From contig CAVXHP010000006.1 in NCBI GenBank assembly GCA_963761725.1, positions 317,534 to 381,533 of the forward strand: a stretch of DNA of 64,000 nt, read 5' to 3'. A program made the translations under genes and the position numbers. Shown piece after piece: positions 39,683-50,409 of the stretch (position 1 is its first letter; each line of letters begins with the position of its first letter). This stretch comes from an uncultured Cytophagales bacterium. Lineage in GTDB: Bacteria; Bacteroidota; Bacteroidia; Cytophagales; Bernardetiaceae. The notes under the pieces were generated by a model, which was not told the origin of the DNA, did not search any database, and saw only the letters and a list, made by a program, of their open reading frames with translations.

Positions 39683-39910
39683 AATCGGTTTTGGTAGTGT
39701 GGTTCAGTAGATTTATGGAAAAAATAAATAAAATTATATAATAACAAAAGCTATTACAAATCATTTTGTTACTAAAATTTTCAAGAGAATTGATTATCAA
39801 AAATAGTAATTTCATTTCACAATAGGTAATTTTAATTTTTATCTATTCCTATTTTTACTCAGAAATTGCATCGATTTCTACATTATTACCTCTAAAATCC
39901 CGACTCATTT

Positions 39911-40948
39911 ATGTATTCTGTTTCTTACAAAAAACACCGTCTAAAATTTCGTTTCTTAGCTGGCACTTCTCGTGGCACAATGAGTGAAAGAGATACTTAT
40001 TTTATTTATTTATCAAAAAAAAATGATGATACAATTATCGGGACAGGAGAAATTTCGCCTCTTTCTGGTCTTAGCATAGATTTTCTTCCTAACCTTGAAA
40101 ACATAATTGCTGATGTTTGTAAAAGAATAGAAACTATAAATACAGATTCACTCCAAGATATTTTTGATTTAATTCCTGCTTCTCTTCCTGCTGTTCGCTT
40201 TGGATTTGAAACTGCTTTTCTGGATTTACAAAATGGAGGAAAACGTATTATTTATGAAAATGATTTTTCACTAAACCAAAAACCTATTCCTATTAATGGA
40301 CTTATTTGGATGGGAGATTTTGAGTTTATGAATGCTCAATTAGAGGAAAAATTAGAGCAAGGATTTTCTTGTATTAAACTGAAAATTGGAGCGATAGATT
40401 TTGAAAAGGAGTGTAAATTGTTAGAACTGATTAGAAAGCGTTTTGATAAGGATAAAATTACAATTCGTGTGGATGCAAATGGAGCTTTTTCTGCTAATGA
40501 AGCATTAACTAAACTAGAAATCTTGTCAAATTACGGTATTCATTCCATTGAACAGCCAATTGCTACAAATCAATGGTACGAAATGAAACGACTTTGTGCA
40601 GTAACTCCTTTACCGATTGCTCTTGATGAAGAATTAATTCCTTTGATAAACTTAGAAGACAAAAAACGAATGTTGGATTACATAAAACCTCAATTCGTAA
40701 TTTTCAAACCTACTTTATTAGGAGGACTTCAAAAAACGGCTGAATGGATAGAACTCTGTAAAGATAGGAATATAGATTGGTGGATTACTTCGGCTTTAGA
40801 GTCAAATATCGGATTAAATGCTATTTCGCAATTTGTAGCTAATTATAATCCAACGCTACCACAAGGATTAGGAACAGGAAAATTGTATCACAATAATATA
40901 GATTCTTCTTTGGAGATTGAGAAGGGGGAGATTTTTAGTAGGAGGTAG
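39911..40948 (+). CDS. o-succinylbenzoate synthase / enolase-superfamily (MR/MLE) enzyme
   Basis: KLKIG...IRVDANGAF...IEQP... follows the KxK, D, E, D catalytic pattern. Length 345 aa. Confidence 0.65.
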   Translation: MYSVSYKKHRLKFRFLAGTSRGTMSERDTYFIYLSKKNDDTIIGTGEISPLSGLSIDFLPNLENIIADVCKRIETINTDSLQDIFDLIPASLPAVRFGFETAFLDLQNGGKRIIYENDFSLNQKPIPINGLIWMGDFEFMNAQLEEKLEQGFSCIKLKIGAIDFEKECKLLELIRKRFDKDKITIRVDANGAFSANEALTKLEILSNYGIHSIEQPIATNQWYEMKRLCAVTPLPIALDEELIPLINLEDKKRMLDYIKPQFVIFKPTLLGGLQKTAEWIELCKDRNIDWWITSALESNIGLNAISQFVANYNPTLPQGLGTGKLYHNNIDSSLEIEKGEIFSRR

Positions 40949-41011
40949 TTTTGGATTCTATTTTTGATAAATTTTAGCATAAATAATAAACATACTTCTA
41001 AAAGTAGCTCA

Positions 41012-41488
41012 TTACTCATTTACTTCTCTCAAAATATGTTCGAATAAATTTCTGTTTACTCTAAATCCTATTTCGTTTACTAACCTTTCAAGCAATGGAC
41101 GAAGTAATGGAATAAACCCTCTTCTTTTTGCTTGTATCAAAATTCCTAATAGTCCTGTTATTCTAATGTTCTGACTTTGAGCTATTTCTCTACCTTTTCG
41201 TTCATCTATTAATAAAAAATTACAGTTTAATTCCTTTGCTAACACTATTGCTTCGGCTTCTCCTGCATCTAGTTCTTGCTTTAGTAATTCTACTTTTTCA
41301 GTATCAGAAACAGAAATTACAGTTATCCAATCAACAGAGTCCATTATAATTCTTTGATTTTCATAGACTACTAATTCTTCATAAACTTCATTTGGAATAA
41401 TAATAGTTGAAAAAAGTCTTTTTAATAAATCTAGTTTATCAAGTTGAATTAAGTTTGTAATAGGCGAAGTATCACTAATAATAATCAT
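41012..41488 (-). CDS. DUF3368-family PIN-like toxin
   Basis: MIIISDTSPITNLIQLDKLDLL N-terminus is typical of DUF3368. Paired with a UPF0175 gene. Confidence 0.6.
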   Translation of the reverse strand: MIIISDTSPITNLIQLDKLDLLKRLFSTIIIPNEVYEELVVYENQRIIMDSVDWITVISVSDTEKVELLKQELDAGEAEAIVLAKELNCNFLLIDERKGREIAQSQNIRITGLLGILIQAKRRGFIPLLRPLLERLVNEIGFRVNRNLFEHILREVNE

Positions 41489-41499
41489 AGTTCTTAGAA

Positions 41500-41757
41500 T
41501 TAAAGCGATTCTAAATTCTTCAAATCTGTTTTCAAATCATTTATGTCATAATTGATATACATATCTCTTTTGGCTAATTCTTTTTGAAATTCAATTTGTG
41601 TAAGTCCTGCTAATTTTTTGGCTTTCCCCATACTCAGTTTTTCTTTTTGATATAAATAAGTAGCAATTTCTATTTTTAGCTCGTCAGCCGAAAATTCTAT
41701 ACTTTCCAGAATTGGATAAGGAATAATTAAATCTTTCATAGTCTTCTTATGGTTCAT
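41500..41757 (-). CDS. UPF0175-family antitoxin
   Basis: 85 aa, KLSMGKAKKLAGLTQIEFQKEL. Sits immediately upstream of the DUF3368 gene. Confidence 0.6.
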   Translation of the reverse strand: MNHKKTMKDLIIPYPILESIEFSADELKIEIATYLYQKEKLSMGKAKKLAGLTQIEFQKELAKRDMYINYDINDLKTDLKNLESL

Positions 41758-41987
41758 TAAAACAATTATTTAGTATTCTGACTAAACGATTAATCAATCT
41801 GCAAAGTTGTAAATCTATTTTATTATAGTTCAAAATCAATCAAAACAAAAAACTTCGTATTTTCTTACTATTTTTGTAATATAACAAAAATGTAGCGTAC
41901 CTTTTAAGGTGCGAAAACGTACCGAATGCTTTAGCTTTCGGAAAAGATGGAAAAAAGAAATAAAAAACATACAACACAGAAAATACC

Positions 41988-44900
41988 ATGAGTACAAATC
42001 CTCCAATTCCGATGCCTTATGCCTCAAAAAACAAACTGCGTGTAGTTACAGCAGCAGCTCTTTTTGATGGACACGATGCAGCTATAAATATTATGCGCCG
42101 AATTATTCAATCTTCGGGTGCAGAAGTGATTCATTTAGGACACAACCGTTCGGTAGAAGAAATTGTAAATTGTGCCATTCAAGAAGATGCACAAGCGATT
42201 GCCATTACTTCCTACCAAGGTGGACACGTAGAATATTTTAAATATATGCACGACCTTTTGAAAGAGCGAGGTGCAGGACATATCAAACTTTTTGGTGGTG
42301 GTGGTGGTGTAATTCTTCCATCCGAAATTGAGGAACTGCATAATTACGGCATTACCAAAATTTATCATCCAGACGATGGTCGTTCAATGGGACTTCAAGG
42401 AATGATAAATAATTTGCTTGAACAAACCGATTTTCCAACAGGAAATGATGTAGAAATAAGCGAAGTAGAAAAAGTAAAAGAAAGAAATTCTAAAAATTTG
42501 GGAAGGATTATTTCAGCAGTTGAAAATTATCCAGAAAAAAATAAGGAAATTATAAAGAAAATAAAAGAATTAATACCTGAAAAAGTAGCTCCTGTTTTGG
42601 GAATTACGGGAACAGGTGGTGCAGGTAAATCTTCGCTTGTCGATGAGCTTGTAAGACGTTATTTGATGGATTTTGAAGACAAAACGATTGCCATTGTTTC
42701 GGTTGATCCTTCTCGTCGTCGTACTGGTGGCGCACTTTTGGGCGACCGTATTCGTATGAATTCGATTACAAACGACCGTGTTTATATGCGTTCGTTGGCT
42801 ACTCGTCAATCAAATTTAGCTCTTTCAAAATACGTTCAAGATGCGATTGATATTCTTCGTGCAGCCGAGTTTGATTTGATTATCGTTGAAACTTCTGGAA
42901 TTGGACAATCTGATACAGCCATTACAGACCATTCAGATGCTTCTTTGTACGTCATGACACCTGAATACGGTGCAGCTTCGCAATTAGAAAAAATCGATAT
43001 GATTGATTTTGCTGATGTGATTGCACTCAATAAATTTGACAAACGTGGTGCTTTAGATGCGCTTCGTGATGTCAAAAAACAGTACAAACGAAACCGTAAT
43101 TTGTGGGACACACCAGATTCAGAAATTCCAGTTTATGGTACGATTGCATCGCAGTTTAATGATGTTGGAATGAATACTTTGTATCGTGCTTTGATTGACC
43201 AAATTAATAAAGTCAGTGAAAAAACAAATACAAAATTTGATTCTTCCTTCGAAATATCGGCTTCTACGTCTGAAAAACAGTATATTATTCCTCCTTCAAG
43301 AGTTCGTTACCTGTCAGAAATTAGTGAAAGTAATCGTCGTTATGATAAAAATGCAGAAGAACAAGCCGAAATTGCACAGAAATTATACGGTTTAGAACTT
43401 TCTATTCATTCTATTTCAGAGAATGAAGAAATGGACAAAGACTTAAAAGATTCTATCATTAATGGCTTAAAAGATACTTTTCGAACAAATAAAACTTTCT
43501 TTAGAAGGCACAAATTGGAAAATCATTGAAGATTGGCAAACAAAAGTAGCCACTTATACGGCTGAAGATTTTGTTTATAAAGTTCGTAACAAAGAATTTA
43601 GCCTTAAAACTTATACCGTTTCTCTTTCTCAATCCAAAATCCCTAAGATTTCTCTACCAAAATACAAAGCGTGGGGAGATATTTTGAAATGGAATTTGCA
43701 AGAAAATGTACCAGGGGAATTTCCATTTACGTCAGGTGTTTTTCCGTTTAAACGTACTGGCGAAGACCCTACTCGTATGTTTGCAGGCGAAGGAGGACCC
43801 GAACGCACAAACAGACGTTTTCATTATCTTTCAAAAGGAATGCCTGCTGCACGACTTTCGACGGCTTTTGATTCAGTTACTTTGTATGGAGAAGACCCAG
43901 ATTATCGTCCAGATATTTATGGAAAAGTGGGTAATTCAGGTGTAAATGTGTGTTGTTTGGATGATGCAAAAAAACTCTATTCAGGTTTTAATTTGGCTGA
44001 CCCAACTACTTCGGTTTCGATGACCATTAATGGTCCTGCTGCTACGGTTTGTGCTTTTTTTATGAATGCAGCCGTTGATCAGCAATGTGAAATTTATATC
44101 AAAGAAAACGGTTTAGAGGAAGAAGTTGAGGCAAAAATCAAGAAAAAATACGAAGGCAAAATTCGTCCTACCTATAATGGAGGTTTGCCAGAAGGAAATA
44201 ACGGCTTAGGTCTGATGCTTTTGGGAGCAACAGGCGATGAAGTTTTGGATAAAGAAATTTATGATAAAATAAAAGCAAAAACACTCACACAAGTACGTGG
44301 AACGGTTCAAGCTGATATTTTGAAGGAAGACCAAGCGCAAAATACGTGTATTTTTAGTACCGAATTTTCGCTAAAACTAATGGGAGATATTCAGCAGTAT
44401 TTTATCGACCATCACGTTCAAAATTTCTATTCGGTTTCTATTTCGGGTTATCATATTGCAGAAGCAGGCGCAAATCCGATTACGCAACTTGCCTTTACAC
44501 TGAGTAATGGTTTTACGTTTGCCGAATATTATTTGAGTAGAGGAATGGATATTAATGATTTTGCACCGAATTTCTCGTTTTTCTTTTCGAATGGAATTGA
44601 CCCAGAATATTCTGTTATTGGTCGTGTTGCTCGTCGTATTTGGGCAAAGGCGATGAAAAACAAGTACGGAGCAAACGATAGAGCGCAAAAACTAAAATAT
44701 CATATCCAAACTTCGGGGCGTTCACTTCACGCACAAGAAATTGATTTTAATGATATTCGTACTACTTTACAAGCCTTGTATGCCATTTACGACAACTGTA
44801 ACTCGCTGCATACCAACGCTTACGACGAAGCCATAACGACACCAACGGAAGATTCTGTTCGTCGTGCTGTGGCGATTCAGCTTATCATCAATAAAGAATT

Positions 44901-45396
44901 AGGACTAGCAAAAAATGAAAATCCGTTGCAAGGTTCGTTTATTATTGAAGAACTGACTGATTTGGTAGAAGAAGCTGTTTTGAAGATTTTTGACCAAATT
45001 ACTGAGCGTGGTGGTGTTTTGGGAGCGATGGAAAGACAGTTTCAGCGCACACAAATACAGGAAGAAAGTATGTATTATGAAATGCAAAAACACACAGGCG
45101 AATATCCGATTGTGGGTGTAAATACATTTTTGTCTTCGAAGGGTTCGCCTACCGTTATTCCTGCCGAAGTAATTCGTTCGACAGAAGAAGAAAAAGAGTA
45201 TCAAATAAATATGCTCAAAAACCTTCATTCTTTTGATGAACAAAAAAATCAGCAAATACTCAAAGACCTTCAAAAAGCAGCCATCAAACACGAAAATATG
45301 TTTGAACATTTAATGACAGCTACTAAAACCTGTTCGTTAGGACAGATTACTAGAGCGTTGTTTGAAGTTGGGGGGCAGTATAGGAGGAATATGTAA
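41988..45396 (+). CDS. icmF: fused isobutyryl-CoA mutase IcmF (B12-binding domain + MeaB-like G-protein + mutase substrate domain); frame interrupted in 43471-43529
   Basis: B12 domain: [12 protein letters not shown]...ITSYQGGH. P-loop: [17 protein letters not shown]. Linker/mutase: [33 protein letters not shown]. The second part (43684..45396, TTG-initiated in the track) is the +1 frame, which is already open from 43471. Confidence 0.85.
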
Positions 45397-45415
45397 AAAT
45401 TCTGCAAATAAAAAA

Positions 45416-45451
45416 AACGGACAATCTTAAAAAAAGATTGTCCGTTTTTTA
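45416..45451. terminator. bidirectional rho-independent terminator (aacggacaatctt aaaaaaa gattgtccgtttttt)
   Basis: Perfect 11-bp stem flanked by an A-run and a T-run, just after icmF. Confidence 0.7.
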
Positions 45452-45468
45452 TTATAAAAATTATATTA

Positions 45469-45714
45469 TCATAGATATTGATAATGATTTGTGTTGTCTT
45501 TAATCCAACCTTTTTCATTTTCATATACACCTTCTGTTACAGTAATAAAGAAAAACGAGTTTTTTTCTTTTGAGTTATTACCCATAACAGGAGGTGACAT
45601 ATCTATATGTGCAATTATATCTTCTGGCAATTCACATTTAATTTCTGATGTACTTGAATTTGAAGAATATAAAGATGTATCTTTGGTAATTTTGATGAGA
45701 CCGATAGCTGACAT
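45469..45714 (-). CDS. small hypothetical protein
   Basis: 81 aa. A same-size + strand ORF overlaps it; the minus-strand reading looks less repetitive. Confidence 0.2.
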   Translation of the reverse strand: MSAIGLIKITKDTSLYSSNSSTSEIKCELPEDIIAHIDMSPPVMGNNSKEKNSFFFITVTEGVYENEKGWIKDNTNHYQYL

Positions 45715-45907
45715 ATAGTATTAAATTTAAGTACGAAATTGTAACAGAAAAATCAACAGAATAAAATACTAAAAGAGTTCCAAAATTTATAAAGTATTTT
45801 TATCTACTACATTTTCTTTATTTTAAATCTAGTGAAGTTTTTGAAAACTTTATAGGTTTATCTTACGTTATTCTCTTTATAATTAACAAATATTAATCTA
45901 TAACTAT

Positions 45908-46318
45908 ATGGAAGTTGGAGAAATTTATCAAACAGAAAAATTACATGTTGTTGGGAAATATAATAACGGTAATAATATAGTGGGTTTTGAACATCCATTT
46001 GCCATTATTAAAAAAGATCGTGACGACATTTGGGGAGTAATGCTTACTCACGGAAATTTTGAAAATAATGTACCAATGAAAAAAGAACACTTCAAAGAAG
46101 GGTATATTTTTGAATTTCATGATGAAAATTATGAAAAAGGAATAACACAAATGGTAAAACTTTTTTTAGATAAATCAATTATTACTCGTGAAAATTTAAA
46201 GTCTGATATTAAAGGATATTTAACAGAAAAAGGACTTGCATTTATACATGAAAGAATTAATGAGTTAGGATGGATGCCTACTAACTGGAGAGAATATAAA
46301 AAAACATTGTCTAAATAA
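45908..46318 (+). CDS. hypothetical protein
   Basis: 136 aa. First gene of the small-gene islet. Confidence 0.4.
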   Translation: MEVGEIYQTEKLHVVGKYNNGNNIVGFEHPFAIIKKDRDDIWGVMLTHGNFENNVPMKKEHFKEGYIFEFHDENYEKGITQMVKLFLDKSIITRENLKSDIKGYLTEKGLAFIHERINELGWMPTNWREYKKTLSK

Positions 46319-46359
46319 TTTATTCCTTAACTAAAATACCACTTATTAAACCTTATTCT

Positions 46360-46755
46360 ATGCTTAGATTTATTTTAATTATTTTACTTGCTGCTTTAAC
46401 TTCTTTTATGCCTTCTTTGGAAAAAAAAGAAATGCAAGATATAACGAGAAGCTATAATTATTCCATGATATTTGATATAGTAACCAACAAAGAAGGAGAC
46501 TGGAAGAAGTCTTACAATGAGTTTACTTTTAAAACGGAAAATATTATACATTACAGTACAACTTATGGTACAATCGTGTATAAAATTTTGGGTAATCCTA
46601 GAAAAGGAACAAATCCATACGGACATAAATATACAGATTATTCAGTTGTATATGGAGGAGACAAATATCAAGTTCTTTTATGGGATAGTGTTAACAGAGG
46701 TGTATGGGTATGGCTGGAGGGTAATCTTGCAATTGAATTTAACAATCCAAAATGA
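46360..46755 (+). CDS. secreted hypothetical protein
   Basis: 131 aa with N-terminal signal peptide MLRFILIILLAALTSF. Confidence 0.4.
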   Translation: MLRFILIILLAALTSFMPSLEKKEMQDITRSYNYSMIFDIVTNKEGDWKKSYNEFTFKTENIIHYSTTYGTIVYKILGNPRKGTNPYGHKYTDYSVVYGGDKYQVLLWDSVNRGVWVWLEGNLAIEFNNPK

Positions 46756-46833
46756 TTAATTATTTTATGTGTTCTTATTTGCTAAAAAGGCATAAAAATA
46801 ACCTTAAAGATTAGAATTAAAAATAAATTAGTT

Positions 46834-47393
46834 ATGGAAAACAACGAATTTAATGAAATGTTATGGATACAAGATTACTTTGAAGGACAAGTCAGTTTTG
46901 ACTCTGATTCAATAAAAAGTATAAGAAATTTTACATTACTTTGGAGTATGTTTGAAGACATTGCTTGTGATAAAATGGCTACAATTAATTCTATAGAAGA
47001 TTTCGTAGCGAGTTTAAATAGACGATTAATAAATAGAGAAAAAATTAATTTTTTTTTAGATTTCGTTTAGAAAGATATTTAGATGAAAACAACGAATTGA
47101 AATCAGCTTTTTCTAATCTAAATTTTCGTGATAATAAAAATGATCAAAGAGCCAAAGAATTAGTTCAACAGGTTCTTAAAGGAGAGATAATTGACCGAAG
47201 ACTGATATTAACAGCAATGTTATTTATAGTATTCAGATTGAGAAATAATCTACTTCATGGAATTAAAGGCATAATAAGGCTTAATACACAAGAAGAGTAT
47301 TTTAATCTTGCAAATAAACTTTTGGCAAAATGCCTAGAGTTACATAAAGATTCTAAATATATGAAAGTAAGTGTAAGCAATAATCAGATTTGA
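46834..47393 (+). CDS. HEPN-like (Rx4HG motif) protein interrupted in a T9 homopolymer at 47049-47057
   Basis: ORFs 46834..47070 and 47097..47393 are joined by the alternate frame through the T-run, giving ...INREKINFF(F)RFRLERYLDENNELKSAFSNLNF... The second half carries FRLRNNLLHGIKG (R-x4-H-G). Confidence 0.35.
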
Positions 47394-47502
47394 TAACTTC
47401 CTTTGAATAGCAAGGCGAGATTAAATACTGATAGGAATACAGTTACTTATCAATTCAATACTTGACTTATCTAAAATTTAATAAAGAGTAATTTACAATT
47501 AA

Positions 47503-47886
47503 ATGAAATATATCTTAGTTATCTTGATATTTATATTCTTTATACCTTTGTCTAACGAAGCAAAGGCACAAGATAATATTAGTTTTTCTTTTAAGAAATT
47601 GGAAGAATTGGGTCATTTAACAGTTCTAACATATAATCTACATTATTATGGTAAGCCAACTAATACTGTATATATAGTTGTAGTTAAATATCCTAACGAA
47701 AATTATAAAAGAACGTGCGATAGTTATTATAGAAATAATGGGTCATTATGTCTTACTAATGATATAGAATTCTCTCTTTTTCTTCGTAAAGGTAAAAATG
47801 AAAATGAAGAAATTGATAGAATAGATATTAGTTTATATAAGGATATACTATATAGAGTTCATTTACATGATCCATCTATTGATTGA
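47503..47886 (+). CDS. secreted hypothetical protein
   Basis: 127 aa with signal peptide MKYILVILIFIFFIPLSNEAKA. Confidence 0.4.
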   Translation: MKYILVILIFIFFIPLSNEAKAQDNISFSFKKLEELGHLTVLTYNLHYYGKPTNTVYIVVVKYPNENYKRTCDSYYRNNGSLCLTNDIEFSLFLRKGKNENEEIDRIDISLYKDILYRVHLHDPSID

Positions 47887-48116
47887 TAAGCTATGTCCTG
47901 CCGTCCCCTCGTTAAGCGTAGTCTGCGACTACGATTTATCAGTTTGGCAAATCTTAGATTTGCGAGTAGATGTATTTCTGTTGCAAGTGGGAATTAGATT
48001 TTGAGATAATACAACTTTTATACTATTAATTTCGTATATTTGTATAAAAATAGTAACCGAAGTCGTTTTAAGGCGTGAGTAATTGGGTTTTAGGACATAA
48101 TTACGTCGGTTCTTTT

Positions 48117-48248
48117 TTAAAGTTCCTTTATAAAGTCTTCAAAAGTTTGTAGTTTTCTTCCTTCTTTGCGAGCTTGTTTTACTTCTAAAACAGCCTCTTT
48201 TATTCCCTGCAAAACTTTCTCTTTGTTACGTTGTTTTTTGCTTTTCAT
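48117..48248 (-). CDS. small basic protein (43 aa), antitoxin-like C-terminal pattern (...KQARKEGRKLQTFEDFIKEL)
   Basis: Not in the ORF track (<60 aa). Start overlaps the last 7 codons of the 140-aa gene in another frame. A homologous copy at 49869..50009 is conserved at protein level. Confidence 0.4.
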   Translation of the reverse strand: MKSKKQRNKEKVLQGIKEAVLEVKQARKEGRKLQTFEDFIKEL

Positions 48249-48648
48249 CTTGATTTAGGGTTGATTTTTTGACTATTTTACTTCTGAAAAATAATATTAA
48301 TTCTTTAAATTCCTCGTGTCTTTTTAGAGCTTCTTCCATATTTGTAGCAGGTTTTCTGTCTGCTTTTAGTTCTTCAAAACTGGAATATTTTGTAAGCGTT
48401 CCGTTTTTGAATTGTGCCAGTATTTTTCTTTTGTTCGTAAATTCTCCTGTATAAATCAACGTTATTTTATCAAAATCCTTAGTTTTTTCACGTCCTATAT
48501 AACAAACCTCTTTTTTATCTTTGCTATGAAACAAAGGGATTCCTTCCACTACTTCAAGTTTGCTCTCGTCCATAACAGGATTTCCAAGTAAAACCCACTC
48601 ATTCGGATAAAGTGTTTTTATCTCTACGATATTTATTTGTTTTTTCAT
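48226..48648 (-). CDS. two-domain hypothetical protein (copy 1 of duplicated module)
   Basis: 140 aa. ~90% identical to the 49999..50409 product. The C-terminal ~55 aa also exist as a stand-alone ORF immediately upstream. Confidence 0.5.
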   Translation of the reverse strand: MKKQINIVEIKTLYPNEWVLLGNPVMDESKLEVVEGIPLFHSKDKKEVCYIGREKTKDFDKITLIYTGEFTNKRKILAQFKNGTLTKYSSFEELKADRKPATNMEEALKRHEEFKELILFFRSKIVKKSTLNQDEKQKTT

Positions 48649-48809
48649 GTTGATTTTTTTGAAATTGTTTTTTCAATTCTTTTACTTTGAAAAAAGTGTA
48701 TCAATTCTTTAAATTCTTCGTGTCTTTTTAGAGCTTCTTCCATATTTTTAGTAGGTTTTGCATCTGCTTTAAGTTCTTCAAAACTTGAAAATCGTTTTAA
48801 TTTATTCAT
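48645..48809 (-). CDS. stand-alone copy of the C-terminal domain of the 140-aa protein (54 aa)
   Basis: MNKLKRFSSFEELKADAKPTKNMEEALKRHEEFKELIHFFQSK aligns with residues ~86-130 of the 140-aa protein. Its stop overlaps the 140-aa start (ATGA). Confidence 0.35.
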   Translation of the reverse strand: MNKLKRFSSFEELKADAKPTKNMEEALKRHEEFKELIHFFQSKRIEKTISKKST

Positions 48810-48825
48810 AATTATATAACGGTTT

Positions 48826-49032
48826 TTACTTTCTTAAAATTCTATGTTTATTTTTTTCCCACCAATTTATATTGATTTCTCTACTTAATTTATCAACATC
48901 TTCTTGTGTTGCTTTTATATTTTGGGTTAATTGGCAATATTCAATATAATTTACAAGTCGTTCTAACGCCTCTAAATCTGCCGTATCAGGAACTCTTAGT
49001 ACAAACTCATTTCCTTGTTTTTCAATATTCAT
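48826..49032 (-). CDS. small hypothetical protein (68 aa), first gene of the minus-strand four-gene unit
   Basis: Preceded by a promoter-region repeat that is also found upstream of module copy 2. Confidence 0.35.
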   Translation of the reverse strand: MNIEKQGNEFVLRVPDTADLEALERLVNYIEYCQLTQNIKATQEDVDKLSREININWWEKNKHRILRK

Positions 49033-49219
49033 TTTTTATAATTTTAAGTGAAAAATATAATTTCGTAGTATATTTATAATCAACGTGAAAATTGATTTTT
49101 AAGTTTGAATAATCTTATTATTTGAAGAAGGTTTTTTTGTGAGCAATCAAACCTTTTTAGCTGTTTCTTACGTTTTAATATAGAAGAAATCAATAATTTA
49201 CCTTTAATTTTTTTAAAAT

Positions 49220-49432
49220 ATGAGTACCCAAGAACGAGTAGAACAAATTCGTAATTTAGCTACACAATTATCAGAAGCAGAACAAGAAGCATTTAGAAAA
49301 GCAATGGAACGACAGGTTATGATGGCAGAAGCACAACAATTAAGTAAAGGAACAAAAGCAACAATCACATTAGAGGAAATCGTAAAAGAAGTAAATGTAG
49401 TTAGAGAAGAGCGTTACCAAAGAGGAAAATAA
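49220..49432 (+). CDS. putative antitoxin (partner of the PIN toxin)
   Basis: 70-aa charged helical protein immediately upstream of a PIN-domain gene. Confidence 0.45.
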   Translation: MSTQERVEQIRNLATQLSEAEQEAFRKAMERQVMMAEAQQLSKGTKATITLEEIVKEVNVVREERYQRGK

Positions 49433-49461
49433 TAAGAAAAATAATAAGGAAAATAATTTTT

Positions 49462-49857
49462 ATGCAACATATTATTTTAGATACAAATATTTGGTTGAGT
49501 TATATTATTACGAAAAAATTACCTGATTTGGTAAGTTTAATTTATTCCAATAATTTGATTTTGTATGGTTCTGATCCACTTTACGACGAACTGAAAGAAG
49601 TATTAGGAAGAAAAAAGTTTGAAAAATATTTAGAATTTTCTATTGAGGAATATGTAGCTTTTCAAAAACGACTTACCAAAAAAGTAGATACCGAGAAAAT
49701 ATTTATAGGCTCGCCAGACCCAAAAGATGATTTTTTGTTTGATTTGGCTAATCAATCTGATGCAACTCATTTGGTTACAGGAGATAAAAATATTTTAGAG
49801 TTTAGTTATCCTCCTTTAAAAATTATTTCTTTTGCAGAGTTTAGAAATTCGTTTTGA
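49462..49857 (+). CDS. PIN-domain toxin (VapC-like)
   Basis: MQHIILDTNIWLSY...DELKEVL...DFLFDLANQSDATHLVTGDK carries the conserved PIN acidic residues. Confidence 0.7.
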   Translation: MQHIILDTNIWLSYIITKKLPDLVSLIYSNNLILYGSDPLYDELKEVLGRKKFEKYLEFSIEEYVAFQKRLTKKVDTEKIFIGSPDPKDDFLFDLANQSDATHLVTGDKNILEFSYPPLKIISFAEFRNSF

Positions 49858-49868
49858 TTAAAAAAAGT

Positions 49869-50009
49869 CTACTCATTTTCAAGTTCTTTCAGAAAATCCT
49901 CTAAAGTTTTTAATTGTCTACCTTCTTTACGAGCTTGTTTTACTTCTATAATTGACTCTTTCAATTCTTTTAAAATTCTCTCCTTGTTACGTTGTTTTTT
50001 ACTTTTCAT
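49869..50009 (-). CDS. small basic protein (46 aa), copy 2
   Basis: MKSKKQRNKERILKELKESIIEVKQARKEGRQLKTLEDFLKELENE. Overlaps the 3' end of the 136-aa gene. Confidence 0.4.
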   Translation of the reverse strand: MKSKKQRNKERILKELKESIIEVKQARKEGRQLKTLEDFLKELENE

Positions 50010-50409
50010 CTTGATTTAGGGTTGATTTATCAATTCTTTTACTTTGAAAGAAGCGTATTAATTCTTTAAATTCTTTGTGTCTTTTTAGAGCTTCTTCCAT
50101 ATTTGTTGCAGGTTTTCTGTCTGCTTTAAGTTCTTCAAAACTGGAATATTTTGTAAGTGTACCGTTTTTTAATTGTGCTAGTATTTTTCTTTTGCTTGTA
50201 AACTCTCCTGTATAAATCAACGTTATTTTATCAAAGTCCTTAGTTTTTTCACGTCCTATATAACAAACCTCTTTTTTGTCTTTGCTATGAAACAAAGGGA
50301 TTCCTTCCATTACTTCAAGTTTGCTTTCGTCCATAACGGGATTTCCAAGTAAGACCCACTCATTTGGGTAAAGTGTTTTTAATTCTGCTATATTTATTTG
50401 CTTTTTCAT
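49999..50409 (-). CDS. two-domain hypothetical protein (copy 2 of duplicated module)
   Basis: 136 aa, ~90% identical to the 48226..48648 product. Confidence 0.5.
   Translation of the reverse strand: MKKQINIAELKTLYPNEWVLLGNPVMDESKLEVMEGIPLFHSKDKKEVCYIGREKTKDFDKITLIYTGEFTSKRKILAQLKNGTLTKYSSFEELKADRKPATNMEEALKRHKEFKELIRFFQSKRIDKSTLNQDEK

Noticed and set aside
41758-41987. Possible cobalamin riboswitch upstream of the B12-dependent icmF.
   Set aside because: No B12-box (GCCACTG-like) or multi-stem conserved core is recognisable. There are only short local hairpins.
45491-45718. Plus-strand 75-aa ORF antisense to 45469..45714.
   Set aside because: It is fully overlapped by the minus-strand ORF, has no upstream context and has low-complexity composition. 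At most one is real, and the minus-strand ORF looks more protein-like.
47895-47960. GC-rich palindrome cgtagtctgcgactacg as a tRNA or ribozyme fragment.
   Set aside because: It shows no cloverleaf and no hammerhead, twister or group II domain V pattern. It is kept only as a possible att-like remnant within the islet finding.
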